DNA of 64,000 nucleotides from Gemmatimonadales bacterium (GCA_025937755.1 JAICQR010000001.1:1542-65541), one strand, 5' to 3'; positions 27,786 to 35,290 are shown, counted from the stretch's first letter. Notes: generated by a model from the sequence alone, not told the origin. Numbers and translations: made by a program.

Positions 27786-27989
27786 TCAGACCGGGCCGGT
27801 TGGAGTGAAGATCGGAATCTTGATGGAGCACGGGCAGCAGATCGGCGGCGCGCTGCAGCGCGCCATGCACTTGCCATCCGAGTCTCGCCAGAAATAGAAG
27901 TCCCAGGTCGCCTCCTCGGCCGCCGCCGGGCGGGCGGCGAAGGACGAGACCAGCGCAAGCAGCAGGAAAGCGGAAAGTGAGCGGCGCAT
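27786..27989 (-). CDS. Secreted Cys/Trp-rich mini-protein B (67 aa)
   Basis: Sec signal MRRSLSAFLLLALVSSFAARPAAA. GAGGTGA SD 5 nt upstream of the ATG. Mature part EEATWDFYFWRDSDGKCMARCSAPPICCPCSIKIPIFTPTGPV (5 Cys). Confidence 0.75.
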   Translation of the reverse strand: MRRSLSAFLLLALVSSFAARPAAAEEATWDFYFWRDSDGKCMARCSAPPICCPCSIKIPIFTPTGPV

Positions 27990-27993
27990 CGGA

Positions 27994-28443
27994 TCACCTC
28001 GATGAAATAGGGAAAGCGGGAAACAGCGCGTCAGGGGCTGCCGTGCCGCTCCACTTCTCGCGTCCCGCCACCAGCAGGCTCACGCGATAGCCTTTCCCCC
28101 GCGTCAACGCGCGGCCGCCCGCCGCAATGCCATCCACCATGACCCGGCCGGCGCGCAGCAGCGCCGCCTCGCCCGGGGTCGGCGTCCCGGTCAGGACCAG
28201 CCGCACCCGGTCAGGGTGATCAAGGCGGTATGCCACCCAGTCGGGCAACGTGGTACCGCAGCTGAAGCAGGCGGAGGGGTCGTACAGAAGGAGGACGGTG
28301 CTGTCGGACACGGCCAGGTCGGCCACGCGCCGGCCGTCGGCCAGCTCGAGCGTCGCCGCGTCGCGGCCGGCACAGGCCGCGACCAGCAGCAGCAGGGAGA
28401 GAGAGGAGCGGATCACGGGGGCACGATACGGTGGCGGAGTCAA
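27994..28443 (-). CDS. Thioredoxin-fold-like lipoprotein with CFSC (CxxC) motif
   Basis: Lipobox SLSLLLLVAACAG. VLLLYDPSACFSCGTTLPDW resembles the beta1-CxxC-alpha1 element of TlpA/redoxins. The start is either TTG 28443 or GTG 28416. Confidence 0.6.
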   Translation of the reverse strand: MTPPPYRAPVIRSSLSLLLLVAACAGRDAATLELADGRRVADLAVSDSTVLLLYDPSACFSCGTTLPDWVAYRLDHPDRVRLVLTGTPTPGEAALLRAGRVMVDGIAAGGRALTRGKGYRVSLLVAGREKWSGTAAPDALFPAFPISSR

Positions 28444-28460
28444 CCGTTATTCAACCGCGT

Positions 28461-28489
28461 CCACTCCCCACTTCCCACTTCCCACTAGT
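28461..28489. repeat. ACTAGT-(GGGAAGT)n family array (minus-strand G-rich)
   Basis: CCACTCC CCACTTC CCACTTC CCACTAGT lies in the 45-nt gap between the propeller stop and the CxxC gene. Confidence 0.85.
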
Positions 28490-29655
28490 CAGTCGGGCAT
28501 CGCGTAGCGCTCAAGGTATTGGAGCTCGTCTTCGTCGCTCCGCGCCAGGTACACCGTCCCGGTCCCGAATCCGACCAGCCGCCTGTCGGCCGACATCTTC
28601 ACCTGCCGCAACAAGTTGCCATCCGCGCCGAACACGTCATACAGTCTGTCGGCATCGGCTGGCTGGGACCGCTCTACCCAGAGCTGCCCCTCGTGAGTGG
28701 CCATCGCGCCGTTGGCCACGAAGGGCGGCTTGAACTCGGGCCACTCGGGTTCCGGCAGGTCCGGCGCGCTGGGCGGGGCGCCGGAGCCACCCCTGGCTGG
28801 CCGCGCCGGGCCGCCGACGGTCATCCGGAGCCCCGCGCGTGCATCACGCGCCCGCTCCGCCACGATTTCCTTGTCCCGCTTGGTCACCTCGACCGGCGTG
28901 TACTTGACCGGGCGGCCGATGGCCCGGGGCGTACCCCACCAGTCCACGTGATAATCGCCCACTCGAGCGATCCCGATCCGCCCGTCCGGCGTCACCGACC
29001 AGGCGTCCGCCACCGGCAGCGGCTGCTGGCGGATGGCCACAGTCCGCGCCTGAGCTCCGCCTGCCGTGGCCATCGCCATCCCGGGAATCTTGATCTTCCC
29101 CAGCCGGTCCACCCGCCCCTGCGCACGATCCCACAGCAGCAGCGGCACGCTGTCGGGCACCGTCGGCATGCTTTCCCCGAAGCCTCCCGGCTCTCCCGGG
29201 AACGGCGACCCTTCGGCGTACACTCGTCCCCGCTGGTCTGCACCACGAATCCGCACGAGGCCGGCAAACTCCTCCGGGAACGCGATCGTGGTGATCGGCG
29301 CACCGTCAGGCCCAATCATCAGGAACCTGCGCTGCGCCGGATCCACCAGGAGCGTGGAGTCACCCGGCAGCGGCACCAGACCGAAGGGAAAACGGAACTC
29401 CTTGGGGCCCTGTCCCTCGCGGCCCACCGCGGTTCCAATCCCTTGGCCGAGGTCCGCCAGCGTCACCGCCCGGGCGAGGAGGTCGGCCACCAGTACCCGC
29501 CCGTCCGACAACTCGCGGAGGGAGGTGACCTGGTCGAACGGCTCCTCGAAGGTTGCGGTTGGTTGGCCCAGCGACGTCACCGGCACCGACTGGGCGGCGG
29601 CGGCTGGAGATATGGCTATCAGAAGGGTGGCGAGGGCTGCTGGCGTTCGGCGCAC
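28489..29655 (-). CDS. 6-bladed beta-propeller secreted protein, paralog 1
   Basis: GTG start with GGAG SD. Signal MRRTPAALATLLIAISPAAAAQS. VGREGQGPKEFRFPFGL blade motif. Confidence 0.75.
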   Translation of the reverse strand: MRRTPAALATLLIAISPAAAAQSVPVTSLGQPTATFEEPFDQVTSLRELSDGRVLVADLLARAVTLADLGQGIGTAVGREGQGPKEFRFPFGLVPLPGDSTLLVDPAQRRFLMIGPDGAPITTIAFPEEFAGLVRIRGADQRGRVYAEGSPFPGEPGGFGESMPTVPDSVPLLLWDRAQGRVDRLGKIKIPGMAMATAGGAQARTVAIRQQPLPVADAWSVTPDGRIGIARVGDYHVDWWGTPRAIGRPVKYTPVEVTKRDKEIVAERARDARAGLRMTVGGPARPARGGSGAPPSAPDLPEPEWPEFKPPFVANGAMATHEGQLWVERSQPADADRLYDVFGADGNLLRQVKMSADRRLVGFGTGTVYLARSDEDELQYLERYAMPD

Positions 29656-29719
29656 CGGGCACTCCGCGTGTTGGGGTCGCGGAAGAAGATGCCCAGTGCC
29701 CTGAAACTGTTGCGGAGGA

Positions 29720-29908
29720 CTACTGCTCGTTCCGGTCCCGGTTCGGCCGACTCAGGAGCACCGTCCTTCCGCCAGGACCGAGATCGGGGCCCTGACGCGG
29801 CGAGACCACGATTCCGACGGGCTGTCCGCGCGAATCCTTCAGCACCACCGTGGTGCAGGGCCGGGGGGTAACGACATCCTGATACATGGTGCAATTCCTC
29901 ATAGTCAA
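29720..29908 (-). CDS. Possible small protein (55-62 aa), unknown
   Basis: High GC3 by eye over MYQDVVTPRPCTTVVLKDSRGQPVGIVVSPRQ.... Located between the divergent promoter region and propeller 1. No recognisable family. Possible starts are 29908 TTG, 29902 ATG and 29887 ATG. Confidence 0.3.
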   Translation of the reverse strand: MTMRNCTMYQDVVTPRPCTTVVLKDSRGQPVGIVVSPRQGPDLGPGGRTVLLSRPNRDRNEQ

Positions 29909-29921
29909 CGTTCACTGAGTC

Positions 29922-29948
29922 AGATGCCCCAATCCCGGAAAGGGTTGC
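29922..29948 (-). promoter_or_regulatory. Near-consensus ECF-type promoter facing the propeller operon
   Basis: The minus strand reads GCAAC-N17-CATCT. This differs by one base per element from the GGAAC-N17-CGTCT promoter in front of the sigma gene. Confidence 0.3.
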
Positions 29949-29961
29949 CCGGCGCAACCCT
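29941..29961. promoter_or_regulatory. 8-bp inverted repeat in the divergent control region
   Basis: AGGGTTGC-ccggc-GCAACCCT. It overlaps the putative minus-strand -35 element. Confidence 0.35.
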
Positions 29962-29988
29962 CACCAGGGGCCCGGTGTCAGAGGATTT

Positions 29989-30015
29989 GGAACCGCCACC
30001 CGTCCCGGAGCGTCT
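29989..30015 (+). promoter_or_regulatory. ECF sigma-type promoter (GGAAC-N17-CGTCT)
   Basis: GGAAC at 29989-29993 and CGTCT at 30011-30015. This is the classical autoregulated ECF arrangement and ends 8 nt before the GTG start at 30024. Confidence 0.55.
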
Positions 30016-30023
30016 GGAGCCGA

Positions 30024-30560
30024 GTGACTGACAGCTACCTGATTGCACGCGTACTGGCCGGGGACGCCGCGGCGGAGCGCTCGATGTACGACGCGCACGT
30101 GGATCGCGTGTGGCGCCTGGTCTACCGCATCGTCGGTGATGCCGATCAGGCCGCCGACTGCGTCCAGGAAACGTTCATCCGGGCGTTCAGCCGGCTGTCG
30201 GGCTTCCGGGGCGAGTCGACCCTCGGCACCTGGATCGGATCCATCGCGATCAGCACCGCGCTCAACGCGGTGCGCTCGCTCAAGCGCCGCGGGGCACGCG
30301 TGGTATCCATCGACGATGCGCCGGAGCCGGGCGTGGACCCTCAGGGCGGAGACCCGGACCTGAAGCAGCGGCTGCATGCCGCGATCGACGCACTGCCGAA
30401 AGGATATCGCACGGTGTTCCTGATGCATGATGTGGAGGGCTATACCCACGAGGAGATCGGCGCGGCGCTGTCCATCGCGTCCGGCACCTCGAAGGCCCAG
30501 TTGTCGCGAGCTCGTGCCCGGCTGCGTTCCGCGCTCGGTGCATTCGCCCCGGAGAGTTGA
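30024..30560 (+). CDS. ECF (sigma-70 family group 4) RNA polymerase sigma factor
   Basis: LIARVLAGDAAAERSMYDAHVDRVWRLVYRIVGDADQAADCVQETFIRAF (region 2) and YRTVFLMHDVEGYTHEEIGAALSIASGTSKAQLSRAR (region 4). Confidence 0.9.
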   Translation: MTDSYLIARVLAGDAAAERSMYDAHVDRVWRLVYRIVGDADQAADCVQETFIRAFSRLSGFRGESTLGTWIGSIAISTALNAVRSLKRRGARVVSIDDAPEPGVDPQGGDPDLKQRLHAAIDALPKGYRTVFLMHDVEGYTHEEIGAALSIASGTSKAQLSRARARLRSALGAFAPES

Positions 30561-30562
30561 TC

Positions 30563-31198
30563 ATGGATGACAAGCCACTCGATTCCGAGCTGACCCGGCT
30601 GGCCGCAGAGTACCACGAGCCGCCTCCGCCACCGCGGGAAGAAATATGGGAGCGCATCGCCGCCGCGCGCCGTCAGCCATCCAGGACGATCGAGTTCCGG
30701 CGGATCGCGCGGGTGGCATTGCCTATGGCTGCCGTCCTGGCTCTCGCGTTCGCGATGGGCCGGTGGAGTGCCGGCGAGGGCATCGCCCCATCCGACAGTG
30801 CCATCGCGGTCATGACGCCGATGAACGATTCCGCTGGCGCCGGTTCGCTGGTCTATCGCGCAGCCGCCACTCGGCACCTGCAGAACGCCGGCGTCTATCT
30901 CGCGGACTTCCGCAACGCCGCGCTGCGCGACGAGGCCTCGCCCGCGGCCGGGTCCGCCCGGGAGCTGCTCGTCAGCAACCGGCTGCTGCTCTCGTCGCCG
31001 GCGATTGAGGATCCGGAGATTCGGAACCTGCTGGAGGATGTCGAGCTCCTGCTGGTGCAGATCGCGCAGCTGCCCGCCGAAGGAGTGCGCGCCGACACGT
31101 CGCTCATTACTGACGGCCTCGATGCGGTGGACCTCCTGACCCGCATTCGGGCCGAAGTCACGCCCAGTCCCGCGGCTCGTCCGCAAGGAGTCATCTGA
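30563..31198 (+). CDS. Putative anti-sigma factor, single-pass membrane protein
   Basis: Lies immediately after the sigma gene. ..PREEIWERIAAARR followed by a TM segment VALPMAAVLALAFAMG. TGATG overlap with the next gene. Confidence 0.65.
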   Translation: MDDKPLDSELTRLAAEYHEPPPPPREEIWERIAAARRQPSRTIEFRRIARVALPMAAVLALAFAMGRWSAGEGIAPSDSAIAVMTPMNDSAGAGSLVYRAAATRHLQNAGVYLADFRNAALRDEASPAAGSARELLVSNRLLLSSPAIEDPEIRNLLEDVELLLVQIAQLPAEGVRADTSLITDGLDAVDLLTRIRAEVTPSPAARPQGVI

Positions 31199-32661
31199 TG
31201 TATCGCCTCATGTTCGCCGTCGCAGGCGTGCTGTTCACCGGTGTCCTGGTGCAGGAACCGGCCCCGATGCCCGCTGCGCAGGCACAAGAACTGGCCGATG
31301 GCGATTTCGCCACTGTGGTCCCCGCCCCGTGGATCACCGAGGATCCGGCCGACTCGCTCTATCGCCTGGCCCGCGAGTCCCTCAACCGGGGCCGGTATCG
31401 CGAGGCACTGAATCGCTTCCAGGAACTTCGGCGGAAGTATCCTGAGTCAGGCTACGCGCCGGATGCACTCTATTGGGAAGCATTCGCCCTTTACCGGCTG
31501 GGCACCCGCGACAACCTGCGGGCGGCCGTCGAGAAGCTCACGGCTCAGAAGGATCGGTATCCGACAGCCGCAACCCGGGGAGACGCCGAGGCGCTGCTGG
31601 CCCGGGTCAACAGTGCGCTGGCCCGAAGCGGCGATGAGGTCGCTGCCGCGCGAATGGCGAGAGTCGCGGCCGATGCAGCTGTTCCGGCCGTGCCACCTTC
31701 GCCCGCATCGCCGGTCTCACCGCGCGCTCCGATGGCACCGCCTTCGCCCCCAGCCCGGGGACCCGGATTCGGCGATTGCGGGAATGAGGATGAAGTCCAG
31801 GTGATGGCGCTGCACTCGCTGATGCAGAATGACCCCGATCGCGCGCTGCCGATCCTGCGCAAGGTGATGGCTCGGCGTGACGAAGGTTCAACCTGCCTGC
31901 GGCGTCACGCTCTCTTCGTGCTGGCCTCGCGCCAGGGTGAAGACGTCTCCGACCTCCTCCTCTCGGCGGCGCGCAGCGACCCCGATCCGGAAGTGCGTCA
32001 GAGCGCGGTCTTCTGGCTCTCGCGGGTGGAGAGTCCGCAGGCAGTGGCCATCCTGGACTCGGTGTTGCGCACCGCCACCGACAGGGAAGTGCAGCAGGCG
32101 GCGATCTTCGCGCTGGGGGGGCGGAGCGATGCCCGGAGCACCGCGCTGCTGCGCGACTACGCCCTGCGGAGCGATGTCGAAGACGAAGTGCGGCAGGCGG
32201 CGATCGTCCATTTGCTGCGGTCTTCCGGCGGCCGTGATCCGGCCTTCACCCGGCAGCTCTACGAGCAGGCCAGGGACGCCGAGACCAAGGCGATGGTGCT
32301 CATGCTGGGCATGAACAACAGCTCCAGGCTGGATACCGACTGGCTTGCCGCCATCGCCCGGAACCGCGCGGAGGATGCGGAACTTCGGCGAACTGCGCTT
32401 CTCCGGCTGAGCCAGAGCGACCTGTCCGTCGCAGAGTTGATGCGGATCCTCGAGAGCTTCCCGCCCGGCGACAGCGAGGCCGGCGGCATGATGATGATGA
32501 TCATGATGCAGCACGCCGAGGACCCCGCGGTGATCGGCAAGGCCCTCGAGCTGGCGCGCTCCTCGACGGACGAGGATATGCAGCGCGCGGCCATAATGCT
32601 GCTTAGCCGATCAAAAGACCCGCGGGCAACGCAGTACCTGGCGGAGCTGCTGGAGCGGTGA
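31198..32661 (+). CDS. TPR/HEAT-repeat exported protein
   Basis: AAGGAG SD. N-terminal YRLARESLNRGRYREALNRFQELRRKYPESGYAPDALYWEAFALYRLG (TPR-like). Repeated DPDPEVRQSAVFWLSR-type HEAT units. Confidence 0.75.
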   Translation: MYRLMFAVAGVLFTGVLVQEPAPMPAAQAQELADGDFATVVPAPWITEDPADSLYRLARESLNRGRYREALNRFQELRRKYPESGYAPDALYWEAFALYRLGTRDNLRAAVEKLTAQKDRYPTAATRGDAEALLARVNSALARSGDEVAAARMARVAADAAVPAVPPSPASPVSPRAPMAPPSPPARGPGFGDCGNEDEVQVMALHSLMQNDPDRALPILRKVMARRDEGSTCLRRHALFVLASRQGEDVSDLLLSAARSDPDPEVRQSAVFWLSRVESPQAVAILDSVLRTATDREVQQAAIFALGGRSDARSTALLRDYALRSDVEDEVRQAAIVHLLRSSGGRDPAFTRQLYEQARDAETKAMVLMLGMNNSSRLDTDWLAAIARNRAEDAELRRTALLRLSQSDLSVAELMRILESFPPGDSEAGGMMMMIMMQHAEDPAVIGKALELARSSTDEDMQRAAIMLLSRSKDPRATQYLAELLER

Positions 32662-32937
32662 GCGCGCGCCTGATGATGGGCGCGCTGGCGCTGACCATTG
32701 CGCTGCCGGCGCAGGCTGGAGCCCAGAGCGTAGCAAGGCGCATCGCCGATGTGGCGTATGGCGTCCTCACCCTGCAGTACGCCGCCCGGGAGGGCGTCTG
32801 CGGCGATGGCAACAGCCTGCATATCAGCACGTTCGGTGACGACGACGATGCTCCGCCGCCGCAACGCCATCCTCTTTCTGGGTCGCACCGGCGATCCGCG
32901 CGCGATCGACTTCTTCGAGGAAGTGCTCACGCGCTGA
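32658..32937 (+). pseudogene. Truncated/frameshifted HEAT-associated secreted protein
   Basis: GTGA-coupled start and signal MSARLMMGALALTIALPAQAGAQS. RIADVAYGVLTLQYAAREGVCGDGNSLHIS is in one frame. The family-like C-terminus RRNAILFLGRTGDPRAIDFFEEVLTR is in another frame only about 60 codons later. Confidence 0.4.
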
Positions 32938-32994
32938 CATCGCTGCTGCGGGAGCGGCGGCTGGCTGCGCCGCGTCTCGAATCTACGGAATCGA

Positions 32995-33100
32995 CGGCTG
33001 AAGCCGCCGCTCGGCTCTGTCGCTAAAGCGACTCTGGGTCGTCGCTTCTCTTCGGGAACGCCGCTTCAGCGGCAGAGCCGAGAAGCGGCTTTAGCCGCTG
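32995..33100. repeat. 105-nt multi-hairpin repeat (copy E1)
   Basis: CGGCTGAAGCCGCCGCTCGGC....GCCGCTTCAGCGGCAGAGCCGAGAAGCGGCTTTAGCCGCTG. The first ~35 nt and last 42 nt are nearly identical to 35377-35481. The termini are mutually complementary. Confidence 0.85.
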
Positions 33101-33140
33101 TTACGAGCAGCGGCTTCAGCCGTTGTCTCTCGAAACCCCT

Positions 33141-34751
33141 TCAGCACCCTTCCACCCGGCTGGGGCGGATGCCTCCGCCCTTGCCGTTGAGTACGTAGGG
33201 GTTGCCACCGCCGCCGCCACCTGATGTGCACACCGACAAGGTCAGCGACCGCAGGCTCCCGGTGCGTCCGTAGATTGCTTCCAGCGGCGTGGCCGTCACC
33301 GAGATCGAGTACTCACCTTCGGGTACATCCAGGTAATGCGAAAAGCTGCCCACCACGTTGTAGTTCTGCGCGATCGAGCTGTTGCTGTACCTCACTGACC
33401 AGCGAATCCCGATGGGCGCAGCGCCATAGGCGACGTTTGCAGTCAAGCGATAGCTGCCAGCCCGGTTGATAGGTGCGTCGGGACCAATGAGAGACGTTAT
33501 CACCGGGCGGCGAGCAACGGCCTGCTCGGCATCGAGGGTGCCCCAGCCCCAGTGATCATCCCAGCCGGCAGCACCGCGGTCGGTCGCGGTCTCGAACAGG
33601 CGGCGCGCAAGATGATTGGGCCCGGAGAATCCCGCCGCCAGCAGCAGTGCCAGCGAGCCACTCACGTGCGGCGCGGAGAATGAAGTGCCGTCGTGCTTCG
33701 TGTGATTGACAGCAACGGTTGGATGTGCCGTGGACACCCGGGTCGGAGCGGAGAGGTCCACCAGGGGACCATACTGATACCCCGAACGCTGGGTGCCGTC
33801 CGGCAGCCAGTGCGTCACTGCGATCACACCTTCTCCGGCTGCATACCCGCCAACCGGTGTCCCCAGGGGGCAGCCATCATCCTCGCCGTTCCCGGCGGCA
33901 TTCACCACGGCCACGCCCAGCAGGTTGAGGTCCCGGAGCACGTTCAGAATGGATGAGTTTGCCGCCTGGCCGCAATAGGTATTCAGGCTCAGGTTGACGA
34001 CCTGGGCTCCCACCTTCACCATCCGCGAGAGCGCAGCATAGATATCGGCGCTGTTGCATTCTCCGTTGTCCTCGCACACCCGAGCCAGGTACAGCGATGC
34101 CCGGGGAGCGACGCCGAGCACGCCGACCCCGTTCCGGGTGCCGGCGATGATCCCCGCCACGGCGGTCCCGTGAATGGGATATGTGGCCGCATTCCAGATG
34201 GAGGGACACACCTGGCTGGTGCTCTCTATGAAGTCATAGCCCCCGTAGATCCGGCTCTCGATGTCGGCGTGATCACAGCGGATCCTGGTGTCCAGCACTG
34301 CCACGCGAGCGCCGGCGCCCTCATTGCCCTGCCCGGCATGAACTGCGGGCGCGCCGATCGAGTCGACGCCCCAGGTCGTGAAGTCGGCCAGCGCCAGTCC
34401 GCTCACTCGTGCCGGTGGCGACGAATCGATCTCCACTCGCTCGACCCAGGGCAGCGCCGATAGCCTGGCCGCCACCTCAGGTGGGAGTACTGCTGAAAGC
34501 ACCCGGCGGTCCTCGACATCGTGCACCCGGTGCGCGCCCAGTTGGTGCACCATGCCGCGCCGGTTGGCCGGCGCATCAGCCCGGTAGTGCAGGAACGCGG
34601 AGACCACACGCTCGCCGGGCTTTTGAGAGTTCGATGCCGCTGGGCCCTCATGCGGCGACGGAGCTGTGGATGTGGGCTCGGTGGCGCATGCGCCGAAGGC
34701 GAACGCGCCTGCGGCGGCTGCGGCCACGAGGCCGAAGATGGAGACACGCAT
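33141..34751 (-). CDS. S8 family (subtilisin-like) serine peptidase, secreted
   Basis: Catalytic triad contexts VAVLDTRI, HGTAVAGIIAG and GTSFSAPHVSGSLALLLA. N-terminal signal plus I9-like propeptide. Gly-rich C-terminus. Confidence 0.85.
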   Translation of the reverse strand: MRVSIFGLVAAAAAGAFAFGACATEPTSTAPSPHEGPAASNSQKPGERVVSAFLHYRADAPANRRGMVHQLGAHRVHDVEDRRVLSAVLPPEVAARLSALPWVERVEIDSSPPARVSGLALADFTTWGVDSIGAPAVHAGQGNEGAGARVAVLDTRIRCDHADIESRIYGGYDFIESTSQVCPSIWNAATYPIHGTAVAGIIAGTRNGVGVLGVAPRASLYLARVCEDNGECNSADIYAALSRMVKVGAQVVNLSLNTYCGQAANSSILNVLRDLNLLGVAVVNAAGNGEDDGCPLGTPVGGYAAGEGVIAVTHWLPDGTQRSGYQYGPLVDLSAPTRVSTAHPTVAVNHTKHDGTSFSAPHVSGSLALLLAAGFSGPNHLARRLFETATDRGAAGWDDHWGWGTLDAEQAVARRPVITSLIGPDAPINRAGSYRLTANVAYGAAPIGIRWSVRYSNSSIAQNYNVVGSFSHYLDVPEGEYSISVTATPLEAIYGRTGSLRSLTLSVCTSGGGGGGNPYVLNGKGGGIRPSRVEGC

Positions 34752-34810
34752 GGCTTTCCCCTTGGGGTGGGGTGGAGTGTTGGACGGTGGGTCAGTACTT
34801 CAGAACTGCG

Positions 34811-35290
34811 TCAGCGGCCTGGCTGAATTCTGGTGATGCCGAAGTCGACCTCGATACTGATGAACTGGTCCAGTTCGTCGAGATTGGGCACCCGCGACAG
34901 CAGAATCGTCGCCGCGATCAGGTTCGCTGGCGGCCCGATGAGATGCGCTCGCTGGGCACCGGCATCCTCGACGTCCTGGGCATCGGCCGCGGTGGGGGTG
35001 CCACCGGTCCGCATGAACACCGAGACAGTTCGGTCTTCTTCCTCGCCCAGGTCGTGGGTTGCGATCACGCCGCTGACACTGTTGAAGGTCGAGGCCGACA
35101 GCTGGCTCCGCACCGTGACCGCACGGGCCAGCTCCATCCGGTGCTGGATCGTGCCGCCCAGCGCCTCAAGTTCGGCAGCGTCCGAGGCGGTGGGCACCCG
35201 GTCGAAACCGACGAAGATGGTGTGGCGCTGCTCGTCCGGCCCCGTGGCACAGGCCGCGACGAGAATGAGAATGACGAGGAAGTGACGCAT
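34811..35290 (-). CDS. Lipoprotein with two propeptide (inhibitor I9)-like repeats
   Basis: Trimmed to Met49 (MRHFLVILILVAAC lipobox, GGGAG SD). Two ~60-aa units of the form xTIFVGF..ASDAAELEALGG.. and xTVSVFM..AADAQDVEDAGA..FISIEVD. Confidence 0.55.
   Translation of the reverse strand: MRHFLVILILVAACATGPDEQRHTIFVGFDRVPTASDAAELEALGGTIQHRMELARAVTVRSQLSASTFNSVSGVIATHDLGEEEDRTVSVFMRTGGTPTAADAQDVEDAGAQRAHLIGPPANLIAATILLSRVPNLDELDQFISIEVDFGITRIQPGR

Noticed and set aside
26476-28443. Direct identification as methylamine dehydrogenase (mauBAD) or quinohemoprotein amine dehydrogenase (qhpBC).
   Set aside because: The propellers look 6-bladed NHL-like rather than the 7-bladed heavy chains. The mini-proteins are much shorter than MauA or QhpC. 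No radical-SAM QhpD, MauE/MauG, haem subunit or amicyanin genes are present. I kept this only as an architectural analogy.
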